Source of the DNA: a virus
Taxonomy: Duplodnaviria; Caudoviricetes
Strand: one strand, 5' to 3'
IMG/VR virus record: IMGVR_UViG_3300002852_000041
Span: 1 to 54,245 of that record
Length of the DNA stretch: 54,245 nucleotides
The notes under the pieces are model-generated. The model was not told the DNA's origin. It did not search any database and saw only the letters and a program-made list of their open reading frames with translations. Made by a program: the position numbers and the translations under genes. Shown here piece after piece: positions 35,903 through 44,946 of the stretch. How positions within the stretch are numbered: position 1 is the first letter of the stretch; each line of letters opens with the position of its first letter.

Positions 35903-37180
35903 CTAAGCTACTTCCGGGTCGAACTTCTGACCTTCATCCGTCCAGGTATCATCATCCCAAACCATTTGGTCTACCCGGTCAAAGATGCAGGGTTTGAACT
36001 CCAGTAAGTCCTTGGCGTCGAACATATCGAACATCGAAAGTTGGCCCTTGCGTTTGGCTATCTGAATATTGCGGATCTCCTCAGCCATGCCCCGCCTCAT
36101 GTAATACATCCACTGTTTTGGATGAGTTCGCCGTAGCATTGCCATGTGGTTATTGGGGTAAAGCAGGTCGGTACCGCAGCCCATACATCCGTTGCGCTTA
36201 ATCTTGTGGTATGTTCCGCTCCCATCAGTCCATCCCATGTCATACAAGGGTGAATAGGGAACATTGAAGCGTTTTATGTAGGCCCAAATGTCATCATCCG
36301 TCCAAATGGATAACGGGTTACAGTGCCAGAATGGATCTTTCCCAAGATGGTCACGATGGGATTTAAAGAGGTACCCACGGGTAACGAAGTTTGTTTGCCG
36401 CTGTCTGCTTTCGGCTGCCATAAGTCCCTTGAAAATCACATCGACATCCAGCTCGACCTGCAGGCGCTCACTTGGTTCTTTTTTAAGTATGTCGCAGCAG
36501 GCCTGACTGAACTTCACCTGCTTTAAAAGCTCGTAATAAGCAAGTAGCTTTTGATTTTCGCTTTGGCTCTCGGAGAACCGCAAGAAACAGTCAATGTTAA
36601 TCCGATGAGCTTTAAGTTTTGACGCTGCCTTTCCCATCAGCGGCCAGCCATATTGATCAATACACCACCAGTATGACTTGCGGGAGCCTGCCGGCCAGGT
36701 TAATTTTTCATGTTCAAACTTTTCCTTCAGGTGATCAGGGCATGCCGCTTCCAGTGTGGCAGTACTTTTAAGTTTCCCATCTGGCTTTAAAATCTCATGG
36801 ATACGGCCCGTGTCGATCATATATTGCAGTACTCTCTGTTGTGCCACATATTTCAGTCCATCTACTTCCGTGCGGCCTGGTGTGGCTTCATAGAAATTGC
36901 CATTGCCCCAATCCTGCCTGATTTGCCGCGAGAACTGAACGCACTCTGGATATTCCACTCCGGTATTGCCGTATATTACAACCATGCGCTGTGCTTGCTC
37001 TGGGAAGTGGGTCCGTATCAGGTGCCAGAGTACGGTACTGTCTTTGCCTGCACTGAAGGCCAGGGCTGAACGATGGCGGCAAACATCAAAGGCTGACTTA
37101 ATTGCATCTACAGCGGTGGAGATTTTATAGTCCAAGTCACGGGCCTGCTCTTTCATTAGGTCCTTGAAACTAATAAACAT
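35903..37180 (-). CDS. PAPS-reductase family protein
   Basis: AFSAGKDS PP-loop, NTGVEYPE, CCDILKK, PLSIWTDDDIWAY, RNGCMGC. Confidence 0.92.
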   Translation of the reverse strand: MFISFKDLMKEQARDLDYKISTAVDAIKSAFDVCRHRSALAFSAGKDSTVLWHLIRTHFPEQAQRMVVIYGNTGVEYPECVQFSRQIRQDWGNGNFYEATPGRTEVDGLKYVAQQRVLQYMIDTGRIHEILKPDGKLKSTATLEAACPDHLKEKFEHEKLTWPAGSRKSYWWCIDQYGWPLMGKAASKLKAHRINIDCFLRFSESQSENQKLLAYYELLKQVKFSQACCDILKKEPSERLQVELDVDVIFKGLMAAESRQRQTNFVTRGYLFKSHRDHLGKDPFWHCNPLSIWTDDDIWAYIKRFNVPYSPLYDMGWTDGSGTYHKIKRNGCMGCGTDLLYPNNHMAMLRRTHPKQWMYYMRRGMAEEIRNIQIAKRKGQLSMFDMFDAKDLLEFKPCIFDRVDQMVWDDDTWTDEGQKFDPEVA

Positions 37181-37193
37181 CTACTTAACCCCC

Positions 37194-37267
37194 AAACAAA
37201 AACCGGCCACACCATTAATTTGGCGGGCCGGTACTCACCCCGGTAGGTGACGGAGGTCTTTGCCTCC
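37194..37267 (-). ncRNA. Structured cis-RNA motif, copy A (two hairpins + terminator)
   Basis: GGAGGCAAAGACCTCC-G-TCACC(N6)GGTGA-GTA-CCGGCC...GGCCGG-TTTTTGTTT. Confidence 0.7.
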
Positions 37268-37303
37268 TGTTCTTATTCTCTTGGCCTCAGAGGAAATTGG
37301 TTT

Positions 37304-37834
37304 TTAGGTGGCACCGGGAATCCCCCTCGGTATCTGGTCCCATGTTCTCCTGTATAATTCCGGCTTGGTATCCCCTCTCACATACAGGGGATGCCGAGGG
37401 TGGCCATCTTTGGTTAGCTCCAGGCACATAATTTCAGTAGCCCCACTATCTATAAGTAGCCTTATAACCTGCTTATCCCTGCCCTGGTGTTTCCCGTGAG
37501 TCCCCCAGGCTGCAATAATGTAATTGGACCTACGGACAGCAGCCAAAATATATCTGTCATTCTCGGGTCCTACCGGGTCAGGCGCCCGCTTTAATTCCTG
37601 CGGGAAGGTTGTCCGGTACCCAAAAAGGTTAACAACTTCCAAGGAGCCATATCCCCACGCCCGGGCAAACCCTATGCAGCGCCGCAGGGTCGGATCGTCC
37701 TTCTCGGCATCCGCCGTGCTGCCGTTTAGCATTACAAAAAGTACTCGGGGCTTTTCCGAATCCCATTCACGAACCAGAGAGTATCTGTATTGGCAGGTTT
37801 CGTCTATGACTGCCGAGGAAACAATACTACTCAT
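37304..37834 (-). CDS. DUF1643 family protein
   Basis: YRYSL.REW, FVMLN.STADA..DDPTLRRC, VVNLF, AAWG, TKDGHPRHPLY. Confidence 0.9.
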   Translation of the reverse strand: MSSIVSSAVIDETCQYRYSLVREWDSEKPRVLFVMLNGSTADAEKDDPTLRRCIGFARAWGYGSLEVVNLFGYRTTFPQELKRAPDPVGPENDRYILAAVRRSNYIIAAWGTHGKHQGRDKQVIRLLIDSGATEIMCLELTKDGHPRHPLYVRGDTKPELYRRTWDQIPRGIPGAT

Positions 37835-38319
37835 CTCGGTTCAACACTCCCTTTGTAAATTTCACCATCCTGATTCATATAAACAACTTCAACCCCATGA
37901 CCAAAGAGATAATTAACCCCGATTTCATTTCCCTTACTCCCTGGGGCCGAGCGAAGTATTACCTTTTTAATCTTGGATACCACAATGAGCTTGGCACAGG
38001 TAACACAGGGCTCCGCATTGATAAAAATTGTGCCACCAACAACTGAAATTGGAGAGCGGGCGGCGTACATAAGAGCGTTCTGTTCGGCATGGAGACATGG
38101 TTTAAAATCCTCGTCACCTGCTACTGTTTTCAAACAGACCCCAGTATCACAGCAATTCCGATCCCCGCTTGGTAGCCCATTGTACCCTGCTGAAATCACA
38201 TAGCCATCTTTTTCTATTACACAGGCAACGTGCTGACGCAGGCAAGTTGACCTCTGGGCCAACACATCCACCCACTGCATTCGTATGCTTTCAAAACTGG
38301 GACGCGATGAACTGGACAT
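37831..38319 (-). CDS. dCMP deaminase family protein
   Basis: RSTCLR..V, GYNG, HAEQNAL, PC..C. Confidence 0.92.
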   Translation of the reverse strand: MSSSSRPSFESIRMQWVDVLAQRSTCLRQHVACVIEKDGYVISAGYNGLPSGDRNCCDTGVCLKTVAGDEDFKPCLHAEQNALMYAARSPISVVGGTIFINAEPCVTCAKLIVVSKIKKVILRSAPGSKGNEIGVNYLFGHGVEVVYMNQDGEIYKGSVEPR

Positions 38320-38339
38320 TTCTAACGCCTCCTTATTCT

Positions 38340-38984
38340 CTATTTGGCCTTCTTCCGCTCACCCATTTTTCTGTAAATATCCGCCACGATGATTCCTGTT
38401 CTAGTCAGGTCGGCGTTATCTTGTATTAGGCGGTTTTTGTTCAGGACCGCCAGCTGCGCCCGAGAAACAAGGATGAGGTTGTCCGGGTCAAAATTACGCC
38501 GGTTTCCGTCTCCAAAGATAACCGCATGACCTTTTGGCACAGGACCGTTATGCTCTTCCCAGATTATGATGTGCTTGCCTTTCCAGTTTTTTTGCAATTT
38601 GCCATCATCGACTTTTATGTCTACGTAACCATCCCGGTTTACTCTTTCAGAGCCTATAGGTACCCAATTCCATGATTTATTGCCTTTTTTAAACTGGCAG
38701 GCTTCGGCGACTTCGCCCCCAAGAAAGACACCCTTTCGTCCTTTGTTGGCCGGCATATGCCCCGGCTCAAACCTTCCGTCTAGGCCGCTGTCTAAGCCGT
38801 GATTTTTCTTATATGCTTTGATCTGTGCGAGACTTAGATCCAACCCAAAATGCGCGTTAAACATCTTCATCAGTTCCGGATTGCCGCGGCCCTCGACGTT
38901 TTCGGCAAGAAAAGCGGTCTGGGCGGGAGTGTACTGGTGCGGCGTCTGATGTTGTGTCCGAGAATTGTACGCTTCAAAACTCAT
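38340..38984 (-). CDS. HNH endonuclease-family protein
   Basis: KHIIIWEEHNGPVPKGH.VIFGDGNRRN...NL. Confidence 0.85.
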   Translation of the reverse strand: MSFEAYNSRTQHQTPHQYTPAQTAFLAENVEGRGNPELMKMFNAHFGLDLSLAQIKAYKKNHGLDSGLDGRFEPGHMPANKGRKGVFLGGEVAEACQFKKGNKSWNWVPIGSERVNRDGYVDIKVDDGKLQKNWKGKHIIIWEEHNGPVPKGHAVIFGDGNRRNFDPDNLILVSRAQLAVLNKNRLIQDNADLTRTGIIVADIYRKMGERKKAK

Positions 38985-38991
38985 ATCCGTA

Positions 38992-39261
38992 CTACTCCTT
39001 CAAAAATTCTGCCTTCAGCAACTTGGGCATTTTCTTTTCACTGTTGCTATCATCTTCGTTACCATACTCAAGTTGGATAGTTCTCGCCTTAAGCACCAGC
39101 TGGCCGTTGGCAATAATCTGTGACGCCAGGCCGGTAATAGCCTTGGCCCTCGCCATTTCTTCCTTCAGTTTTTCGTCCTTCAGATCCTCATCGCCCAAGC
39201 GTTCCAGTTGAGCGAACAGGTGGTTGTTCAGGTCACCAAGCGTATTTTTCATTATTCCCAC
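38992..39261 (-). CDS. Conserved phage hypothetical protein
   Basis: KNTLGDLNNHLFAQLERL...RAKAI. Confidence 0.75.
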   Translation of the reverse strand: MGIMKNTLGDLNNHLFAQLERLGDEDLKDEKLKEEMARAKAITGLASQIIANGQLVLKARTIQLEYGNEDDSNSEKKMPKLLKAEFLKE

Positions 39262-39300
39262 TCCTCATTTATTGTAGAGTGTTTTTGTTTTGTGCATCAA

Positions 39301-39528
39301 CTAATCTGCTTTGCCTCCAATTAAGTCGGTTATCCCAAATTCCCTGTCTTTGCAGGTGTGTATACTTAATAGCTGAGGGTGAATACATCCCCATTCCTTC
39401 GGCAACTCTGCTCCTTTAGCAATTAAAACAAGAGCCATGGCTATATCTGGAGCGTGTGTTGACATGTTAATTTCTCCACATCTTCTGCATTTATAGATTA
39501 AGAATCCGCCTTTACCTATTAATAACAC
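39301..39528 (-). CDS. AT-rich Zn-binding hypothetical protein (cassette)
   Basis: CRRC and H.C motifs; GTG start after an AGGAAG purine tract. Confidence 0.55.
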   Translation of the reverse strand: MLLIGKGGFLIYKCRRCGEINMSTHAPDIAMALVLIAKGAELPKEWGCIHPQLLSIHTCKDREFGITDLIGGKAD

Positions 39529-39560
39529 CTTCCTGTTATCGTATTAAATTACCATTAAAT

Positions 39561-40604
39561 TCATTTTACCTCAGTCGTATCCATGGCCCCCGCTTCCCAC
39601 CAGCCCCGCACTTCATTCCGCATCAGGACATATTTACCGAGCTGCACCCCGCGCGACTTCAGGAACTTTATCAGCGTTCCGCCGCCTATCTTGGCGCTGC
39701 TGCCCTTCTCGATATATTTTTCATTTCGGCTGACCTTATAGGTGTTTGGGCCAGAGTCTTCCCGGATTACCAGGACACCTCGCTTTGACACTCCCACGAG
39801 GACCGCATCAACGCCTTCCAGCTCTTTCTGTGCGCTGGTATTGATACACATGTGCTTTGCATTGACCGTCAAGATAGGTCTTTTGTCTACGGGCTTGAAC
39901 GGGGTGGCCCATTCAACTTCATCGTCTGTATCAGTATCGTTTTGGGTTATGCTGATTAACTTACCGTCGCCTGTTTGCATGGCGGTATAGTCCGGACCAG
40001 GGCCCAGGTCAACGCCCTTTTTAAATGCGAGGCCAAGTTGACCAAGGAATACACCTACAGCTTCAGTGGCCCGTTTCATATCCTGATCTGTTCCTGTGGT
40101 CATGGTTTCCGGTGCCTTTAAGTTCAGCCCACTGAGCCCCCATTCTTTTTTTAGAGCGGTTAATGTGGCAATCCAGGATGGTTTATTGATAGCCACTTTT
40201 TTTAAAATCTCCGGGTCACTCAGTTTCTTTTCTTTGTAGGCCAGGTATAGATCTTTAGTGAGCTTCGTTTTCAGAAATTCAAGGCGCCCACCGGGCACAC
40301 TCTCAGGCCTTACCATATCAGCGACCTCCTCTGTATTAACTCCCCACCGGGGAAATATGTTCCGGGCTCCCAGGTATTGCTTAAGGCTATTGACGGTTAT
40401 ATTTAAAAGCTCTGCTGCTTCCTCTGGGCTCCCGCTTACCTTTATAGCATTCATAACCCGGGCATGGAACTGATTGTTGTTCTTCTTCCGGGGTGCGACC
40501 GGGCCATAACGGGCCAGTTCCTCCGGGCTCAGGGTGTAGGTTGTAAGCTTACTGGTTACCGTGGCAGCCTGTTCAGTTTTACGGTTGTAAATTGGTTCGC
40601 TCAT
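39561..40604 (-). CDS. Hypothetical multidomain protein with an HTH-like segment
   Basis: ATG 40604 after GGAGGGGG; EEAAELLNITVNSL. Confidence 0.65.
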   Translation of the reverse strand: MSEPIYNRKTEQAATVTSKLTTYTLSPEELARYGPVAPRKKNNNQFHARVMNAIKVSGSPEEAAELLNITVNSLKQYLGARNIFPRWGVNTEEVADMVRPESVPGGRLEFLKTKLTKDLYLAYKEKKLSDPEILKKVAINKPSWIATLTALKKEWGLSGLNLKAPETMTTGTDQDMKRATEAVGVFLGQLGLAFKKGVDLGPGPDYTAMQTGDGKLISITQNDTDTDDEVEWATPFKPVDKRPILTVNAKHMCINTSAQKELEGVDAVLVGVSKRGVLVIREDSGPNTYKVSRNEKYIEKGSSAKIGGGTLIKFLKSRGVQLGKYVLMRNEVRGWWEAGAMDTTEVK

Positions 40605-40854
40605 TTTTACACCCCCTCCGGATCCAGTTATAGACCGATCCGGCTGATATACCATACATGGCTCCGATTTCCTTATAGGTCATTGTCTTTTTAAGCTTGG
40701 CCATGTCCTTTTTGTCATCTTCGGTGATGTCCTTATGCCAGCAATGCTTTCTGAGTGGCCTGTCCGTTTCCAGATAATCAAAAGCTTGTTCAGGCGTTCT
40801 CTCGGTTAGGATGGACAAGGCCAGCGCGTAGTAGGCTATTTTGTGGTCCATCAA
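40579..40854 (-). CDS. HTH protein
   Basis: MTYKEIGAMYGISAGSVYNWI. Confidence 0.75.
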   Translation of the reverse strand: MMDHKIAYYALALSILTERTPEQAFDYLETDRPLRKHCWHKDITEDDKKDMAKLKKTMTYKEIGAMYGISAGSVYNWIRRGCKNERTNLQP

Positions 40855-40866
40855 TTCGCACCCCCC

Positions 40867-41490
40867 TCAGACAGTTCCCAATTTCAGGGGGCCTGGTAGC
40901 CCTTCACCGGGACCGGTTCCGGCAGATGCCACCGGGCTATATTGTGTACTGTATTGTGCCATATCTATGTCACTCTCAATTTCATTCCCCCAAGCATTCC
41001 ACCCCGGGACCCTCCGCCTGGCAAAAAGCTCAATCCGCTTTCGGTTCTCCATGGTCCTGGCCGTGGCTGTTTCAATGATCTCCCTGAATATTTCGGGCTT
41101 CTCGGAGTGTGCCAGGACTGGGTGTTCAACGAAGTTAGGCAACTGGCACCTAAAGGCTTTAATTTTGCCGCGGACTCCGAAAAGTAATTCCTCGATTTCA
41201 CCCCGGAACCAGTACCCCAGGCCCAGGCGTCCAGTTTTGCGCCAGGTAATTTTGGTTTTGTAATTGAAGCCCCAGGCCTGCATCACCTGAAGGCCTTCTT
41301 TCAGCATCGGAACGGTGGCCCATAAGAACAGTACTGCATTCCTGTCTGATATTTCCGGGACCGGCAGCCGGCAGATCTCCTCCACCGACATTACCGTGTA
41401 CTTCTGGGCGGCCCCGCTTTTGTGGGAGCCGCCAGTTCGTTGGTTATCGTATTTCCAGCCGGGATCAGCATAGAGAACATTATATTTCAC
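40867..41490 (-). CDS. MT-A70 family adenine methyltransferase
   Basis: YADPGW (DPPW variant), LFLWAT, WGFNYKT, HSEKP, RIELFAR, GW.AWGNE. Confidence 0.92.
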   Translation of the reverse strand: MKYNVLYADPGWKYDNQRTGGSHKSGAAQKYTVMSVEEICRLPVPEISDRNAVLFLWATVPMLKEGLQVMQAWGFNYKTKITWRKTGRLGLGYWFRGEIEELLFGVRGKIKAFRCQLPNFVEHPVLAHSEKPEIFREIIETATARTMENRKRIELFARRRVPGWNAWGNEIESDIDMAQYSTQYSPVASAGTGPGEGLPGPLKLGTV

Positions 41491-41909
41491 AGTTTATCAC
41501 CCGCTGCCTTGCAGATTTTCAAATCAGTCCTTACCCTCGGGACATATACCCGGATAGCCTGCCGGTTCTTCTGGACACTGATTTGCTTATGGGTCTTTTT
41601 CAGTGAATCCTTGAGCTTTGGGTATTCCTTCAGCATTTCATAGAGGAAAATCAGGGTTTCATTTTCATCTTTCATCCGGCGCCGTTCTTCGCGGACTCGC
41701 TTCAGTTCCCGCATCAGCCGCAGACATCCCGCCGGGCTCAGTTGAGACAGTTCAATCTCATGCAATAAATCCTGTGTTTCCTTGTCTCTGAGCTCTATCG
41801 CAATGATGTTGTTTTCGTATGTATCAATTACTGTGCGGATATATTGCATCATTGTGGTTACAACTTTTTCAGCAATACACATAGACTTCAACACCTTTCT
41901 GTTATGCAA
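41487..41909 (-). CDS. Phage hypothetical coiled-coil protein
   Basis: QDLLHEIEL...RR.MKDE..YVPRV. Confidence 0.7.
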   Translation of the reverse strand: MHNRKVLKSMCIAEKVVTTMMQYIRTVIDTYENNIIAIELRDKETQDLLHEIELSQLSPAGCLRLMRELKRVREERRRMKDENETLIFLYEMLKEYPKLKDSLKKTHKQISVQKNRQAIRVYVPRVRTDLKICKAAGDKL

Positions 41910-42384
41910 TCACCTCGGGCGACTCCCAGCTCCATAGGCCCTGATGACCTGACGCCGGTATAGGTTCCGGCAGTGGTTGCATGTCCTTGAACAGCCAGGC
42001 GAACCGGCCCGGGGTATAGTCACCAAAACATATTTCTGGATACCCAGGTAATGGGGCAAACCACTTCGGCGGGTCAATTTGGTTAGAATCAAGCCTGTAT
42101 AGGCCGTCCTCTCCAATACGGCAACACTCTGCCAGGATGCAAGTGGCCACTATGGCCCCAAAAGGCAAATCCAAAGAAGATGTATAACAGTGCTTTTCAG
42201 GACTGAATAGCACCTCTGAAAACGTAATCCTGCTACATAACTCACGCGCCCACTTTGGAAAAACCTTAGCCGCATGTATCGCCAGCGGCCCCCGGTACCT
42301 GGTCGCCCAGCTCCGTGTCTCTATCCGCTTCGCCCCGATGGACACCAGTGAGGCCCAGGGCTGATATAATGTTAGTGCTTTCAT
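41902..42384 (-). CDS. ASCH domain protein
   Basis: KALTLYQPWASL...GAKRIETRSW.T.YRGPLAIHA...G.QGLW. Confidence 0.9.
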   Translation of the reverse strand: MKALTLYQPWASLVSIGAKRIETRSWATRYRGPLAIHAAKVFPKWARELCSRITFSEVLFSPEKHCYTSSLDLPFGAIVATCILAECCRIGEDGLYRLDSNQIDPPKWFAPLPGYPEICFGDYTPGRFAWLFKDMQPLPEPIPASGHQGLWSWESPEVIA

Positions 42385-42545
42385 TCTATCCGTCCCTTTT
42401 TTAGCACCCTGGCCCGTCCGGTGTGCCGGTGCTCAAGGTGTAATTCCCCCGAAAGGGCCTTGGTCACCAGCCAGTTATCCGAATTAAGGCGTGCCACCAT
42501 AATGGCTAATTTTTGTTTTCTGGTGGGGTTTTTACCTTGCTTCAT
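42381..42545 (-). CDS. 54-aa DUF6906-like protein (absent from the ORF track)
   Basis: Hand translation: MKQGKNPTRKQKLAIMVARLNSDNWLVTK...HRHTG; overlaps both neighbours. Confidence 0.7.
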   Translation of the reverse strand: MKQGKNPTRKQKLAIMVARLNSDNWLVTKALSGELHLEHRHTGRARVLKKGRIE

Positions 42546-44160
42546 ACCATTCCCCTCCAAACTCAGTATTTATCTGGTTAAATTCCGGCTTATACTCTGC
42601 CGGGCTAATATCCCTCGGCACTTTCCATCCATTGCCCGCGATCCTGTCAATAAGCTTTTTAGCTACATCAAACTGCCAGGTACCCACGTGCTGGAATCCT
42701 TTGCCCTCCAGGAACCTGATCTGCTTCGGGGTGGTAAGCCCCTCCGACCGACGCTTGTCCAGCCTGTCCAGCAGTTTTGTAGCCTTTCCGGCACTTTCAA
42801 TCTGGTCTGGAAATATGCCCAGCTTTTCAAGGGTTTTGATCTGTTTATCAGAGGGTGGCCCCATCTCCCATCCAAACGCTGGGACATAGCTTGCCAGGTC
42901 CTCGGCCTGGATGCTCATTTCAAACTGCAGCGGGTCCACCAGTTTACGCTTCCGGTTCCGCATTTCCGCAAGTTGCTTCGCCAAGGCCTCTTCCCGGGCT
43001 GCCACGACATCCTCTTTTGCTTGTACTTCAGCTTCCTGGATATCAACCGGGCAGCCGGCTGCTTCAATGTTTTCTGTCATTTTTTCGGCCACTTCTGGAG
43101 ATTCACATATTAAGTGGGCCGGGTGACATAGCTCATGCCGGGTTGTGTGCCAGAGGAAGTCCAAAAGTAACAGATGATCTTTTCCTGGGGAAAGCCGGGT
43201 ACCCCGCCCTACCATTTGGCAGTAAAGACTTCTGATTTTCGTAGGCCGGAGCACCACTATGCAGTCCACCTGGGGACAGTCCCATCCCTCAGTCAGCAAC
43301 ATGGAGTTACACAGCACGTTATATTTACCAGCCTCAAAATCAGCCAACACCTCGGCCCGGTCCTGACTACCACCATTTACCTCTGCTGCGGCGAACCCCT
43401 TGCTTTCCAAAATGTCCCTGAACTTCTGACTTGTCTTAATAAGTGGTAGGAATGCTACCGTCTTACGGTCCATGCAACATTTAGCCATTTCCTCGGCAAT
43501 CTGGTACAGGTACGGGTCCAGGGCTGTCCCAAGGTCAGCGGTCTTATAGTCTCCGGCCTGTATCCCCACACCAGTCAGATCCAGTTTAAGAGGTATTGTC
43601 TGAGCCTTGATCTTACACAGATAGCCTTCCTTGATGGCTTTGGGCAGTGTGTATTCATAGGCCAGGCTTTCAAAATACTGCCCCAGGTTCCGCATATCCC
43701 CCCTGTCAGGGGTAGCGGTAACGCCCAGTACCTTTGCCCGGTCAAAATGCCCCAGGACCCGCTGATAGCTGTCAGAAAGGCAGTGGTGGGCCTCGTCAAC
43801 GATAATCGTATTGAAATAATCTTGAGGGAACTGATTAAGCCGCTTTTCCCGCATCAGGGATTGGATACTGCCCACTACTATGCGGAACCAGCTACCCAGG
43901 CAGGTTTCTTCCGCCTTTTCTGTAGCGCATCCCAGGCCGGTTGCCCGACTCAGCTTATCGGCAGCCTGGTCCAAGAGCTCTCCCCGGTGGGCCAGGATCA
44001 GGACCCGCTCACCACCCCGAACGCAATCCTCAGCCAGGCTGCAAAAAACTATGGTCTTGCCGGTCCCTGTTGGCAACACCAGCAGGGTCTTGAGTGCCCC
44101 GCTGGTCCACTGCCCCTGTATGGCTTCTTTTGCCTGAGTTTGATAAGGTCGAAGTTTCAT
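42532..44160 (-). CDS. SF2 DEAH-box helicase
   Basis: LRPYQ, PTGTGKT, DEAH, TATP, TEGWD, QMVGRGTR. Confidence 0.95.
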   Translation of the reverse strand: MKLRPYQTQAKEAIQGQWTSGALKTLLVLPTGTGKTIVFCSLAEDCVRGGERVLILAHRGELLDQAADKLSRATGLGCATEKAEETCLGSWFRIVVGSIQSLMREKRLNQFPQDYFNTIIVDEAHHCLSDSYQRVLGHFDRAKVLGVTATPDRGDMRNLGQYFESLAYEYTLPKAIKEGYLCKIKAQTIPLKLDLTGVGIQAGDYKTADLGTALDPYLYQIAEEMAKCCMDRKTVAFLPLIKTSQKFRDILESKGFAAAEVNGGSQDRAEVLADFEAGKYNVLCNSMLLTEGWDCPQVDCIVVLRPTKIRSLYCQMVGRGTRLSPGKDHLLLLDFLWHTTRHELCHPAHLICESPEVAEKMTENIEAAGCPVDIQEAEVQAKEDVVAAREEALAKQLAEMRNRKRKLVDPLQFEMSIQAEDLASYVPAFGWEMGPPSDKQIKTLEKLGIFPDQIESAGKATKLLDRLDKRRSEGLTTPKQIRFLEGKGFQHVGTWQFDVAKKLIDRIAGNGWKVPRDISPAEYKPEFNQINTEFGGEWYEAR

Positions 44161-44162
44161 AG

Positions 44163-44468
44163 CTATTTCCCTTCTAGCCTTTTGATAAGCTCTGGGACCA
44201 GATAGTTCTCCAAAGCGTATTCATATACTTGTGGTGAAAAAGGGTGAGTGCAATTGTCAAGATTATGTTTTACTGCTGCTATAAGTGCCTCATTATTAAG
44301 CTTGGAATATAGCAATCTAAATCCTGGTGTGTTGGCCCTAACCTTTTTATATTGATCCAGGGTAATAGTTCCCGGTTTTACAGCCGCTATGTCTATATCC
44401 ACGCCATCAATAGACACATGGGGTTTTAATTCAGGTGTTTTTGGTTTCATTAAGCTTCTTAATTCCAT
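44163..44468 (-). CDS. AT-rich hypothetical protein
   Basis: Fills the gap between SSB and helicase on the same strand. Confidence 0.55.
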   Translation of the reverse strand: MELRSLMKPKTPELKPHVSIDGVDIDIAAVKPGTITLDQYKKVRANTPGFRLLYSKLNNEALIAAVKHNLDNCTHPFSPQVYEYALENYLVPELIKRLEGK

Positions 44469-44470
44469 GG

Positions 44471-44917
44471 TTAAAACTTCCCTTTTTCAAAGGATGGCTT
44501 CGACTCTGCCGGGTCATAGAACTTCTTGATTTCGTTGCCCGTTACTTCCTCGCCGTTTTCTTTGGTCCACTTCCGGACTCCGATTTTGCACCTGCCGGTT
44601 GAACCCACAACCCTACCCCAGTTCATAGTCAATTTTTCGCCGTGCTTGCGCTGACCGATTCCCATAAAGAACGCACACAGCAACCCCTCAGTTTTGGTAT
44701 GTAGGAATAGATTATGTTTAATGGTAGTCTGGCCCGCAGCACCCTTAATCTTGATGCTTAAAGTGGCCTTGTTACAAGGCGGCAGTTTTTCTGAACCCGG
44801 GTGCCTCCCCCGCTCAAACCCCACAACCTCAAAATCATAATCACCCTCCGGCAGCGTTTCAAAATCAGGGCCATCGTTTTCAATCGGATCATCCCAGCCT
44901 AATTCACGATCACTCAT
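44471..44917 (-). CDS. Phage single-strand binding protein (DUF669-like)
   Basis: LPEGDYDFEV, NEIKKF; position after the Sak4-like gene. Confidence 0.75.
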   Translation of the reverse strand: MSDRELGWDDPIENDGPDFETLPEGDYDFEVVGFERGRHPGSEKLPPCNKATLSIKIKGAAGQTTIKHNLFLHTKTEGLLCAFFMGIGQRKHGEKLTMNWGRVVGSTGRCKIGVRKWTKENGEEVTGNEIKKFYDPAESKPSFEKGKF

Positions 44918-44946
44918 GTGGTTTTACCTCCCTATTTAATTGGTGA

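Noticed and set aside
37194-37267. Known SAM, preQ1 or c-di-GMP riboswitch upstream of the PAPS-reductase gene
   Set aside because: Consensus nucleotides of those classes are not evident, and the second copy precedes unrelated genes
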